DNA from: an uncultured Candidatus Saccharibacteria bacterium
Lineage (GTDB): Bacteria; Patescibacteriota; Minisyncoccia; JACPKW01; UBA11713
Assembly (NCBI GenBank): GCA_964366035.1
Contig: CAYISH010000002.1
Coordinates: 1-32,246 of the forward strand
DNA length: 32,246 nt
Reading direction: 5' to 3'
In this document: piece after piece, positions 1 through 7,733 of the stretch
How the letters are laid out: each line of letters begins with the position of its first letter
Numbering within the stretch: the first letter of the stretch is position 1
The notes under the pieces: model-generated
What the model was told of the DNA's origin: nothing
The model's input: the letters and a program-made list of their open reading frames with translations, nothing else
Databases searched by the model: none
Position numbers and translations under genes: made by a program

Positions 1-157
1 TGTCGAAAGCAAGCGAAGACTTCCCGGACCCTGAAAGGCCGGTAATAACCACGAGTTTGTTTTTCGGAATATCAACGTTTACGCTTTTTAAATTATGCGC
101 TCTTGCTCCTTTGATGCGAATCACATCTGCCGATTTTTTCCCGCTTTTTTGCGCCAT
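1..157 (-). CDS. uvrA: UvrA (excinuclease ABC subunit A), first 52 codons only; the gene runs off the left edge
   Basis: Not in the ORF track (<60 aa). Reverse complement from ATG at 157-155 reads [52 protein letters not shown], the canonical UvrA N-terminus with Walker [10 protein letters not shown]. Divergent from uvrC. Confidence 0.9.
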   Translation of the reverse strand, partial: MAQKSGKKSADVIRIKGARAHNLKSVNVDIPKNKLVVITGLSGSGKSSLAFD

Positions 158-166
158 AAAGAACTA

Positions 167-195
167 ATTCTACTGCTTCTGTCAAGAAAGTTCAA
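167..195 (-). promoter_or_regulatory. Putative uvrA promoter TTGAAC-17-TAGAAT, with the -10 ending 9 nt before the ATG
   Basis: On the minus strand, -35 TTGAAC is at 195-190, the spacer is 17 nt and -10 TAGAAT is at 172-167. There is no SD between the -10 and ATG 157. Confidence 0.5.
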
Positions 196-207
196 GTGAT
201 TAAACAG

Positions 208-216
208 TGATACAAT
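208..216 (+). promoter_or_regulatory. Extended -10 TGATACAAT, 6 nt upstream of the uvrC ATG (leaderless-type)
   Basis: TGATACAAT at 208-216 is followed by ACGCCC and then ATG at 223. No SD. Confidence 0.5.
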
Positions 217-222
217 ACGCCC

Positions 223-1560
223 ATGTTGGGCAGAAAAGAGTTTAAGAGAGCACCACTGGAGCCGGGGATTTATTTTTTCAGCGATAAAAGCGGAAAAATA
301 TTATATGTAGGCAAGGCGCGGAACTTACGGATGCGACTTTTGAGTTACGCCGATATCAAGTCACAGCCGCCCGCCAAGGCGCAGATGCTCGAGGAAGCTG
401 CAAAAATAGAGTGGCGCGTTTTGGATTCGGAAATAGAAGCACTAATAGAAGAAGCCATTGCCATAAAAGAGCTGAAGCCGCCTTACAACATAATTTTCCG
501 CGACGACAAGCAGTATTTATATGTTGCATTCACCAAAGAACCCCCGCCTGACGGACGGGCAGGCTTCCCGCGCCTCTTTTTTACTCATCAGAGACTAAAA
601 CTAACCGCTAAACGCTATTCGCTAAACGCCGATTATATTGGTCCCTTCACCGACGGAGGCGCCGTCAAACTCGCGCTCAAAAGCCTGCGGCGCGCCTTTC
701 CGTTCTGCACCTGCAAAGAGGCGCATACGCGCCCCTGTCTCCCTTCGGAGATAGGCCGCTGCCTCGGTATCTGCTGCCTTATTGGGACGTCGGACGCCCC
801 AAATTTTTTCCCGGACGCGGCAGAGCGGGAAAAAAGGTATCTGAAAAACATCCGCGCGTTGAAAAACATTCTGCGGGGGCGAAAAAAATCTGTCATCGAA
901 GGATTGGAGCGCGATATGAAGCGGCTGGGGCAGGAGAAAAAATTCGAGGAAGCGGCGGCGGTGCGCGACGAGCTTCGCGCGTTGGAAAATATTTTCCGCC
1001 ACCAGCGCATGGTCATGCGCGAAATCGACCCCGAGCGCGCCAAGGCGCTTTCAGCAGCCCGCGAACTCCTCCGACTCCCAGACCTGCCGCGTAGAATCGA
1101 AGGGTATGATATTTCGAATACCCAAGGCTCCTCGGCGGTAGGCTCGATGGTAGTGTTCGAAAATGGGCAGCCGAAAAAATCTGACTATCGCCGTTTTATC
1201 ATCCGCCTTACTCCGCTGGCCAGCGGAGCCGACGACTTCGCCATGCTTCAAGAAGTGCTGATGCGCCGTTTGAGGCACCCGAAGTGGCCACTCCCCGATC
1301 TTTTTTTAATTGACGGCGGCAAGGGGCAGCTCTCCGCCGCAAAAGCTATTTTGGAGGCGGCGCACATAAAAATTCCCGTCGTCTCGCTCGCCAAACGCGA
1401 GGAGGAGCTGTGGCTAAGCTCTGAAAAACATATCGCGCTAAAACGCGTCCCGCCGCCTCTGTTGTTTCTCTTTCAGCACATCCGCAACGAAGCGCACCGG
1501 TTTGCAATTTCGTACCACCGCAAAAAGCGGTCGAAAGCCTTCCTTGACTCTGCTCAATAA
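223..1560 (+). CDS. uvrC: UvrC excinuclease subunit, short form lacking the C-terminal (HhH)2 domain
   Basis: 445-aa ORF. It has a GIY-YIG motif (GIYFFSDKSGKILYVGKARNLRMRL), a Cys-rich region (FPFCTCKEAHTRPCLPSEIGRCLGICC), a UVR helix (FEEAAAVRDELRALENIF) and an Endo-V-like domain (IEGYDISNTQGSSAVGSMVVF, IDGGKGQL, NEAHRFAISYHRKKRSK). The protein then ends. Confidence 0.92.
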   Translation: MLGRKEFKRAPLEPGIYFFSDKSGKILYVGKARNLRMRLLSYADIKSQPPAKAQMLEEAAKIEWRVLDSEIEALIEEAIAIKELKPPYNIIFRDDKQYLYVAFTKEPPPDGRAGFPRLFFTHQRLKLTAKRYSLNADYIGPFTDGGAVKLALKSLRRAFPFCTCKEAHTRPCLPSEIGRCLGICCLIGTSDAPNFFPDAAEREKRYLKNIRALKNILRGRKKSVIEGLERDMKRLGQEKKFEEAAAVRDELRALENIFRHQRMVMREIDPERAKALSAARELLRLPDLPRRIEGYDISNTQGSSAVGSMVVFENGQPKKSDYRRFIIRLTPLASGADDFAMLQEVLMRRLRHPKWPLPDLFLIDGGKGQLSAAKAILEAAHIKIPVVSLAKREEELWLSSEKHIALKRVPPPLLFLFQHIRNEAHRFAISYHRKKRSKAFLDSAQ

Positions 1561-1566
1561 AAAGCA

Positions 1567-1604
1567 AATCCCAGCTACTTGCGTAGCTGGGATTGTTTAT
1601 TTAT
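1567..1604. terminator. Bidirectional intrinsic terminator between convergent uvrC and the 1618..2148 gene
   Basis: 12-bp stem AATCCCAGCTAC / GTAGCTGGGATT with a TTGC loop. GTTTATTTAT follows on the plus strand and a T-rich run follows on the minus strand. Confidence 0.7.
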
Positions 1605-1617
1605 CGGAAAAAGAGCT

Positions 1618-2148
1618 CTAGCCCGTCATAGCAATGGGTATGTAACATCGGAACCCTCGCATGTTCTCGTAGAGCGCGCGAGACGAGTACCCCCACGGGA
1701 TAGCGTCACAGGCTTTGTCGATGGGTACATCCTTCGAAGAGAGCAAGCACTCAACTGGAGATAGTTTTCTTTTGTGTTCCTTCCGGCTCCTCTTCCCGTC
1801 TACGGAAAGGATTTTATCCTTTGTCTTCTCTCTCCTGTACGGCCCCCAGATAATACTGCTCTTCACTTTGACTTCATCCGGGTATTTCCATCTTTCCTCC
1901 GCAGGAATATGGCGGTAGCGGACATGATGGTCGGAACGATAGACGAGCGTGAAGAAACCTACCTCTGTGACTTCATCCGGGTATTTCCATCTTTCCTCCG
2001 CAGGAATATGGCGGTAGCGGACATGATGGTCGGAACGATAGACGAGCGTACAAATACCGGCTTCCACTTCCGCCGGATATTTTTCCCGTTCCCAAGAAGG
2101 GCAATGGGCATACCTGACACTTTGGCTTTCACAATGTATGCATTCCAT
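1618..2148 (-). CDS. Unknown Cys-containing protein with three 33-aa tandem repeats and a basic C-terminal tail
   Basis: The ORF track gives 1618..2166. I prefer the ATG at 2148 (MECIHCESQ...) because AGGAGG at 2160-2155 lies 6 nt upstream. The repeat unit is VRYxHxPxxERxKYPxEV...TLVYRSDHH, three times. It lies 61 nt downstream of the HD gene on the same strand. No family recognised. Confidence 0.6.
   Translation of the reverse strand: MECIHCESQSVRYAHCPSWEREKYPAEVEAGICTLVYRSDHHVRYRHIPAEERWKYPDEVTEVGFFTLVYRSDHHVRYRHIPAEERWKYPDEVKVKSSIIWGPYRREKTKDKILSVDGKRSRKEHKRKLSPVECLLSSKDVPIDKACDAIPWGYSSRALYENMRGFRCYIPIAMTG
1869..2049. repeat. 99-bp-period tandem duplication inside the 1618..2148 CDS
   Basis: The 82-nt block at 1869-1950 is repeated identically at 1968-2049 (compared base by base). 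The period is 99 bp, or 33 codons. A third diverged unit extends to about 2140. Confidence 0.95.
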
Positions 2149-2209
2149 GGATATCCTCCTTTGCATTTCTTACTCAGATGGTTCAAGGAACCAGTTATTC
2201 ACATATATT

Positions 2210-3640
2210 CTACAACAGACGAGGGCTCTTTACCCAATCAGCTGTTAAAGTAACCCACCGTTCCGTAAGCCGTTTAGCTCTGGACCTTGCATTTTTGTCG
2301 ACAATGAGAATGAACTCCTGCGGTTCGTCCTTCCAGATTACTTCAAGATTGGCGATGAGCCGCGAAACTTCAAGTAGGCTCCTGCCGGTAAACCCCTTCT
2401 TTGATTCGGAGTAAAGGCGGACTCTTTCTTTACTGATTGCTTCAAAGGGAGGGCGAAACATCAACAGCTGAACTCCGAGGCGTCTACTGAGATGGCTTTG
2501 GTAAGCTTCAGGCCTTTCTAATGCAAGGGCTGTAACATTAACATTAGCTCTGTCTGCCACCACCTCACGGAGTTCGTGATATTCCGGCCTCGTTTTCCAT
2601 AAATTGAGCACATTTCGCTTTTCGCGGTAAAAGACGGCGTGCTGAATCATCCTTGTAACTTCACCGTCCGCTTCCATATTTCGAAGGATACCCCAGAGCC
2701 ACACGTCATCGCGGAGCGAGAATTCGTCTGCCTTAGTAGGGTCAAAGTGCTCTTTCTTGATGACACCGAACTCAAGCGCCTTTTGGATAAGAAACCGAAC
2801 TAGCATTTTCATTGCTACCACCCGATGATGAAAGTGAATCCAGACATGAGTGCGATAGCGATCAAGCAGAAGCGCCTCCATCGAGGTAAGAGCTTTCTCG
2901 GAATAGGCGATGCGCCATTCACCATCGTACTGCTCGATGAACACCGCATCGCAAAGGCGTCGGATGTCATAGTGGCCGTACTCGCCACCGGCAAGGAGCC
3001 CGTCACGTTGGACAAAGTCAATGCGGTCAGCGTCAATATCTGAATCCACCAGCGATTTTATGACGGAAAGCGGATTCTCGTATTGATGAAGTAAATCTTT
3101 TTCCGTCATCAGTCGGAGAAGCGCATTCCTCATCACCCGTGAGAGTTTCAGATCGGAAACTATTTGTCTCACAATAGCCGCGCTAAATGCCTCGTGCAGT
3201 TTCTTGAAACCCCCTACTCCAGCCCACTCTTCAATCGCCCTCGGAAAATTGGGCGTGCCTATCCAATCCTCTACCGCAAACTCAAAGAGGTGAGAGAGCG
3301 GTAGATGGCCAATGTCGTGTAGAATGGCGTAGAGCCGGGCAATCTCGACAAACTCTTCTTTCGAGGCTATACCAGTCTGCGCCTTTAGCTCCCGGAAGTA
3401 TGCCCGCCACTTGGGACTTTTGGTGAGAGTTTCGGCCATCATTCCGGCTACACGGCAGGTACCGAGCACGTGCTCAAAGCGCGATGTATTCAGGGAGGGG
3501 AAGACGTAAAATGCGACATCGTTTTGCCGCACCTGGCGGAGCCGCTGGAAGTATGGGTGATTGATAACTCGTTGTTCACACTCGGTGAAAAGTATCGTGC
3601 CGTGGACTAAGTCTCTAATCCGTAACGTGTATTCAAGCAT
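2210..3640 (-). CDS. HD-domain phosphohydrolase, SAMHD1/COG1078-like (probable dNTP triphosphohydrolase)
   Basis: 476 aa. The H...HD...D metal quartet sits in SAMHD1-like contexts: NTSRFEHVLGTCRVAG, AILHDIGHLPLSHLFE, DSDIDADRIDFVQRDGLLAG. SD AAGGAG lies 7 nt upstream of ATG 3640. Confidence 0.8.
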   Translation of the reverse strand: MLEYTLRIRDLVHGTILFTECEQRVINHPYFQRLRQVRQNDVAFYVFPSLNTSRFEHVLGTCRVAGMMAETLTKSPKWRAYFRELKAQTGIASKEEFVEIARLYAILHDIGHLPLSHLFEFAVEDWIGTPNFPRAIEEWAGVGGFKKLHEAFSAAIVRQIVSDLKLSRVMRNALLRLMTEKDLLHQYENPLSVIKSLVDSDIDADRIDFVQRDGLLAGGEYGHYDIRRLCDAVFIEQYDGEWRIAYSEKALTSMEALLLDRYRTHVWIHFHHRVVAMKMLVRFLIQKALEFGVIKKEHFDPTKADEFSLRDDVWLWGILRNMEADGEVTRMIQHAVFYREKRNVLNLWKTRPEYHELREVVADRANVNVTALALERPEAYQSHLSRRLGVQLLMFRPPFEAISKERVRLYSESKKGFTGRSLLEVSRLIANLEVIWKDEPQEFILIVDKNARSRAKRLTERWVTLTADWVKSPRLL

Positions 3641-3782
3641 CTTTGGTCTCCTTTTCTGTCAAAGAATCGGCTTTTATTCAAGCATGAGAGCAAACCAAAA
3701 TCAATCTGATACTTTCCTTTTTCCTTCTAACACGGTATGACTAGCATGTACTTTGTATCTTAAAACGAGAGGAGGATATATC

Positions 3783-5042
3783 GTGAATGTACTTGTCTTC
3801 GGTTCGGGAGGACGTGAAGCCGCGCTTCGATGGGCTCTAGGGAAAAGCGTGTTCGTAAAAAATATTTTCGAAGCGCCTGCCGACATCGGTGTTACCCAGT
3901 GCTCGTGGTGCGATTCCGCAATGCATACCGGTAAGGGGCTGCTTGCCAGCTATGCCACCATGAACAGAATGAAAGATGTGAATTTTTTCATCATTGGGCC
4001 AGAAGCGCCTTTGGTTGCGGGCATAAAGGAGGTGTTTACGAGAGCGGGGAAAGCTGTCTTTGGCCCATCTAGGCGAGCGGCGGAATTGGAGGGAAGCAAA
4101 GAAGCAATGAAGCTTTTTTGCAAGGCATACGGTATTCCAACAGCAGATTTCGACATAGCAAGAACCCCGGAGCAAGCAAAGGCAATTGTGGAGAAACGTG
4201 GAATGCCCGTCGTGATAAAAGCCGACGGCCTTGCTGGAGGAAAAGGAGTAAAGGTTGCAGATACTCTGGAAGAGGCATTTAAAGCAATCGATGAGATATC
4301 TCAACTACCAGCGGGCAAGTCTCTTGTAATAGAAGAGTGCCTCCGCGGATGGGAATGCTCATATATTGTCCTTACTGACGGAAAGAATGTTTTCCCTCTT
4401 CTTTCTGCGATGGACTACAAAACCTCGCAGAAAGGAGAAAAAGAAAACACTGGCGGCATGGGCTGTGTTGCTCCCAACCCGCTTCTTACTCCGAAAATTG
4501 AGGCGCGCATTCTGCAAAACATCATCTACCCAACAATCCGCGCTCTTCGCGAGGAAAAAAGGCCTTTCACTGGCGCATTGTACGCAGGGCTAATGATTAT
4601 AAACGAGCAGCCCTATGTACTCGAATATAACTGCCGGTTGGGAGACCCCGAGACGCAAACCATACTGCCATTGCTGCGAGGTGACATCCTGCCCTATTTA
4701 TATGGGACTACAAATGGGGCCATGAGTTATCGGGTCGCGGAATGGAAAAGAGGAGCCTCTGTGTGCATAGTTCTTGCAGCAGCAGGATACCCCGGCAAAC
4801 CACAACTTGGAGATGCCATCTACGGATTGGAGGAAGCCGAGAGGATAGGAGGCGTATTTATTTTCCATGCAGGCACAAAACGCTTACCTGGCGAAAAACT
4901 GGTTACGCGGAGCGGTAGAGTTTTAAATGTCGTTGGTGTGGGAAAAACGCTGCAAGAAGCGAGGAGGCGCGCGTATGAAGCCGTAGGGAAAATTCACTTC
5001 GACGGCATGTGGTACCGCGAAGATATTGGCTCACTGGAATAA
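3783..5042 (+). CDS. purD: Phosphoribosylamine-glycine ligase (GAR synthetase)
   Basis: The ORF track starts at 3753. GTG at 3783 gives the PurD-like N-terminus VNVLVFGSGGREAAL and has AGGAGG (3770-3775) 7 nt upstream. It has an ATP-grasp core (VVIKADGLAGGKGV, YVLEYNCRLGDPETQ, RVLNVVGVG). Confidence 0.88.
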   Translation: MNVLVFGSGGREAALRWALGKSVFVKNIFEAPADIGVTQCSWCDSAMHTGKGLLASYATMNRMKDVNFFIIGPEAPLVAGIKEVFTRAGKAVFGPSRRAAELEGSKEAMKLFCKAYGIPTADFDIARTPEQAKAIVEKRGMPVVIKADGLAGGKGVKVADTLEEAFKAIDEISQLPAGKSLVIEECLRGWECSYIVLTDGKNVFPLLSAMDYKTSQKGEKENTGGMGCVAPNPLLTPKIEARILQNIIYPTIRALREEKRPFTGALYAGLMIINEQPYVLEYNCRLGDPETQTILPLLRGDILPYLYGTTNGAMSYRVAEWKRGASVCIVLAAAGYPGKPQLGDAIYGLEEAERIGGVFIFHAGTKRLPGEKLVTRSGRVLNVVGVGKTLQEARRRAYEAVGKIHFDGMWYREDIGSLE

Positions 5043-5048
5043 TCGTCC

Positions 5049-5088
5049 GCCCGTCGCGTCTGTACAGCCGCGACGGGCTTTCTTATTG
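5049..5088 (+). terminator. purD intrinsic terminator
   Basis: 10-bp stem GCCCGTCGCG / CGCGACGGGC (5049-5058 and 5069-5078) followed by TTTCTTATT. Confidence 0.7.
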
Positions 5089-5119
5089 CGCTCCACATTT
5101 TCAGGAGTTATATTGAGAT

Positions 5120-5326
5120 ATGATAACTGCTACAAAAATCTACCGAGAACTTACACGGCTCGAAAAAGAACTTCAGCAAATGAAAATTGACGCATATCGT
5201 TCGCTCCCTCGCAAGGAACGAACCGCTTCTTCTTATTCAGAAAAGGCAATCGCCAGAGCGGTAAAAGAAATACGGAATCAAATCTGGAAAGAGCGCTATG
5301 CCAAAAAAGCTTCGCGTGTTCGTTGA
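5120..5326 (+). CDS. Putative antitoxin (small basic helical protein) of a PIN-type TA pair
   Basis: 68-aa ORF that overlaps the PIN ORF start by 29 nt. The call rests on position and size only. TTGCGC-17-TATATT (5086-5114) ends 5 nt before the ATG. Confidence 0.45.
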   Translation: MITATKIYRELTRLEKELQQMKIDAYRSLPRKERTASSYSEKAIARAVKEIRNQIWKERYAKKASRVR

Positions 5327-5723
5327 TACGAGCGCGCTTTTGGCGGGGCTTAACTCACCCACAGGAGCAGCGGGAGTTGTTCTTGCCGCATGTTTTACTG
5401 GGCACGCCATCCCTATCATCTCTCCGCAGATCATCGAAGAGGCTGAACGAAATATCAAGAAAAAATTTCCCAAACTTACAGCTAGTTAGGCTTCTTTTTT
5501 GTTAATTCCACCAGAGATTACTCCAGAACCATCGCTGAAAGAAATTCGCAAAGCTTACGAGCTTCTTCCAACGAGCGATGCTCCCATACTGGCCGCAGCT
5601 ACAAAAACGCATCCCGACGCGCTCGTAACGTGGAACACTAAGGATTTCCTTCGGAAGGAAGTAGTCGAACATTGTCCGTTTCCTATCCTTATCCCGCAAG
5701 AGTTTCTAAAGCAGTTCTTGTGA
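5298..5723 (+). pseudogene. PIN-domain (VapC/PIN_3-like) toxin interrupted by one in-frame TAG
   Basis: ORFs 5298..5489 and 5499..5723 are in the same frame. Together they read ...FPKLTAS*ASFLLIPPE... The first part carries FVDTSAL (Asp1) and IIEEAERN (Glu2). The second carries TSDAPILAAA (Asp3) and LVTWNTKDF (Asp4). The TAG is at 5487-5489. Confidence 0.75.
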
Positions 5724-5752
5724 TTGACCTAAAACCTTTATTAGAGTAGAAT
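5724..5752 (+). promoter_or_regulatory. secG promoter TTGACC-17-TAGAAT, with the -10 ending 7 nt before the ATG
   Basis: -35 is at 5724-5729 and -10 at 5747-5752, with ATG at 5760 and no SD. The promoter abuts the PIN stop codon. Confidence 0.6.
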
Positions 5753-5759
5753 ATATTCA

Positions 5760-5987
5760 ATGTCGATTCTCAAAGGGGCGCTCCCCTTTATACAAATAGG
5801 GGTGTCCATCCTGCTCATTGCCGCCATTCTTTTGCAGCAGCGCGGATCAGGCCTTTCGGGCGTATTCGGCGGGGAAGGAAACGTCTACCGCACCAAGCGC
5901 GGATTTGAAAGGACATTGTTTATTTCGACCATCATTCTCGGTTTCCTGTTTTTGCTCTCGGCTTTTCTCGTTCTTCTTGTAAAGTAA
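5760..5987 (+). CDS. secG: Preprotein translocase subunit SecG
   Basis: 75 aa with two TM segments. It has the SecG signature LLIAAILLQQRGSGLSGVFGG. Confidence 0.85.
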   Translation: MSILKGALPFIQIGVSILLIAAILLQQRGSGLSGVFGGEGNVYRTKRGFERTLFISTIILGFLFLLSAFLVLLVK

Positions 5988-5993
5988 TGTATC

Positions 5994-7733
5994 GTGGCCA
6001 ACGACTCGCCTGAAAAAAAACAGATTTTTCCCTCGTGGAATAAAATTCACTACACCTTCCGGCTCTTCTCGCGCCGCGAGCGGATTTTGCTTATCGCGCT
6101 TTCCATGCTCGCACTTGTAGGATTTTTCGGCACCGTAAGCGAAATTAACAAGCGCTTTTCGTTCGAAACTCCCGCCCCCGGCGGCACATGGAAAGAGGGC
6201 ATTGTGGGAAGCCCGCACGTTGTAAATCCGGTGCTCGCCATCTCCGACCCCGACCGCGATCTTGTAAGCCTCATCTACTCGGGCCTTATGCGCTCGGATG
6301 GAAAAGGAAAATTAGCGCCCGACGTGGCCGAAAGTTATGAAATCTCGCCTGACGGTCTTTCTTATACGTTCGCCCTCAGGCCTGAGGCAGAATTTCATGA
6401 CGGCAAAAAAGTGACGGCGGAAGATGTGGTATTCACCGTGGGGCTCGCCAAAAATCCCGCGGTAAAAAGCCCTCTTCGGGCCAACTGGGAAGGAGTGGAA
6501 GCGGAAGCGACAGACGAGCGGCACGTGCGCTTCACGCTTAAGCGCGCCTATGCGCCGTTTTTGGAAAATACCACTCTCGGCATTATGCCCAAGCACGTGT
6601 GGGGAAAAATAAGCCCCAATGAAATTCCGCTCTCCCCGATCAATTTAAAACCTGTGGGAGCGGGCGCTTGGCGGGTAGACGAAGTTTCCTTGAAAGAAAG
6701 CGGCATAGTAGATTCGTACACGCTAAAAAGCTTTCGGGCCTATCCTTTGGGCGAACCCTACATCCGGAAAATGGTGCTCCGTTTTTATCCTTCCGAGGTT
6801 GAGCTTTTAAACGCGTATGAAGTGGGCGCCATCGATGCGGCTAGCGCTATTTCCCCCCATAATATCCGCAAAGTGCAGCGCCAGGGCGGAGAGATAAAAA
6901 AGCTCACGCTTCCGCGAGTATTCGGCATATTTTTTAATCAAAACGAAAAATCGCTGTTTGTGGAAAAAGAGGTGCGGGAGGCCTTGAACCTTGCCACCGA
7001 CAAAGAGCGCATTATAAAAGAAGTGTTGGAAGGCTACGCGCTGGAGGTAAACTCTCCCATCCCGCCGGGAGTATTCGGAGCGTTGGAACACACGGAGGGA
7101 GAATTTAACCTGGAACGCGCGCGGGCCGGGCTGGAAAAAGCCGGTTGGATGAAAAACAAAGAGACTGGGATATACGAAAAAATCGAGAACAAGAAAGTTG
7201 CCAAAGAATTTTCATTTTCCATCTCCACTTCTAACGCCTCCGACCTGGTGCGGGCGGCCGACATCATAAAACAGAATTGGGAAGCGCTCGGCGCGAAAGT
7301 GGAAGTGCTGGTATTCGAAACTTCCGACCTTAACCAAAACGTGATCCGCCCTCGCCGATACGACGCGCTTCTCTTCGGCGAAGTAGTGGGCCGCGACCCA
7401 GACCCGTTTGCCTTCTGGCACTCTTCCCAACGAAACGATCCCGGGCTTAACATTGCGCTTTACACTAACCGCAAAGCGGATCAGGCTCTCGAGAAAGCGC
7501 GGAGCAGTTTTTCTCCGGAAGAGCGGGAGCGCCAGTATGAAGAATTCCAAAAAGAAGTTATCGCCGATATCCCCGCTGTCTTTCTCTACTCTCCTTATTT
7601 TATCTATATTGTGCCGAAAACCGCGCAAGGATTCGGAACGGAAAATATCGTAACTCCGGCCGAGCGTTTTTCAAACGCGCCCAAGTGGTATTTTTCCACA
7701 GCCCATGTCTGGAACATTTTCAAAAAACCTTAA
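5994..7733 (+). CDS. ABC transporter substrate-binding protein, family 5 (Opp/Dpp/Nik-like), membrane-anchored
   Basis: 579 aa with an N-terminal TM anchor (ILLIALSMLALVGFFGTV). It shows an SBP_bac_5-like pattern (LAPDVAESYEISPDGLSYTFALRPEAEFHDGKKVTAEDVVFT). GTG start 6 nt after the secG stop. Confidence 0.75.
   Translation: MANDSPEKKQIFPSWNKIHYTFRLFSRRERILLIALSMLALVGFFGTVSEINKRFSFETPAPGGTWKEGIVGSPHVVNPVLAISDPDRDLVSLIYSGLMRSDGKGKLAPDVAESYEISPDGLSYTFALRPEAEFHDGKKVTAEDVVFTVGLAKNPAVKSPLRANWEGVEAEATDERHVRFTLKRAYAPFLENTTLGIMPKHVWGKISPNEIPLSPINLKPVGAGAWRVDEVSLKESGIVDSYTLKSFRAYPLGEPYIRKMVLRFYPSEVELLNAYEVGAIDAASAISPHNIRKVQRQGGEIKKLTLPRVFGIFFNQNEKSLFVEKEVREALNLATDKERIIKEVLEGYALEVNSPIPPGVFGALEHTEGEFNLERARAGLEKAGWMKNKETGIYEKIENKKVAKEFSFSISTSNASDLVRAADIIKQNWEALGAKVEVLVFETSDLNQNVIRPRRYDALLFGEVVGRDPDPFAFWHSSQRNDPGLNIALYTNRKADQALEKARSSFSPEERERQYEEFQKEVIADIPAVFLYSPYFIYIVPKTAQGFGTENIVTPAERFSNAPKWYFSTAHVWNIFKKP

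Noticed and set aside
622-1567. Minus-strand ORFs inside uvrC (622..1002, 633..1043, 1051..1278, 1346..1567)
   Set aside because: These are antisense shadows of a well-supported uvrC reading frame. Their composition is Arg/Ala/Ser-rich and low-complexity, with no start-site signals.
1774-2253. Plus-strand 159-aa ORF across the tandem repeat
   Set aside because: The frame is kept open only by the repeat. Its composition is hydrophobic and odd, and it has no SD or promoter. The minus-strand frame has a perfect AGGAGG and protein-like charged repeats.
5487-5489. Amber (TAG) reassignment or an alternative genetic code, to explain the split PIN gene
   Set aside because: TAG terminates typA, the HD gene, the repeat-protein gene and the TPR gene at sensible C-termini in this same window. 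TGA and TAA are also used as stops, so this is the standard code.
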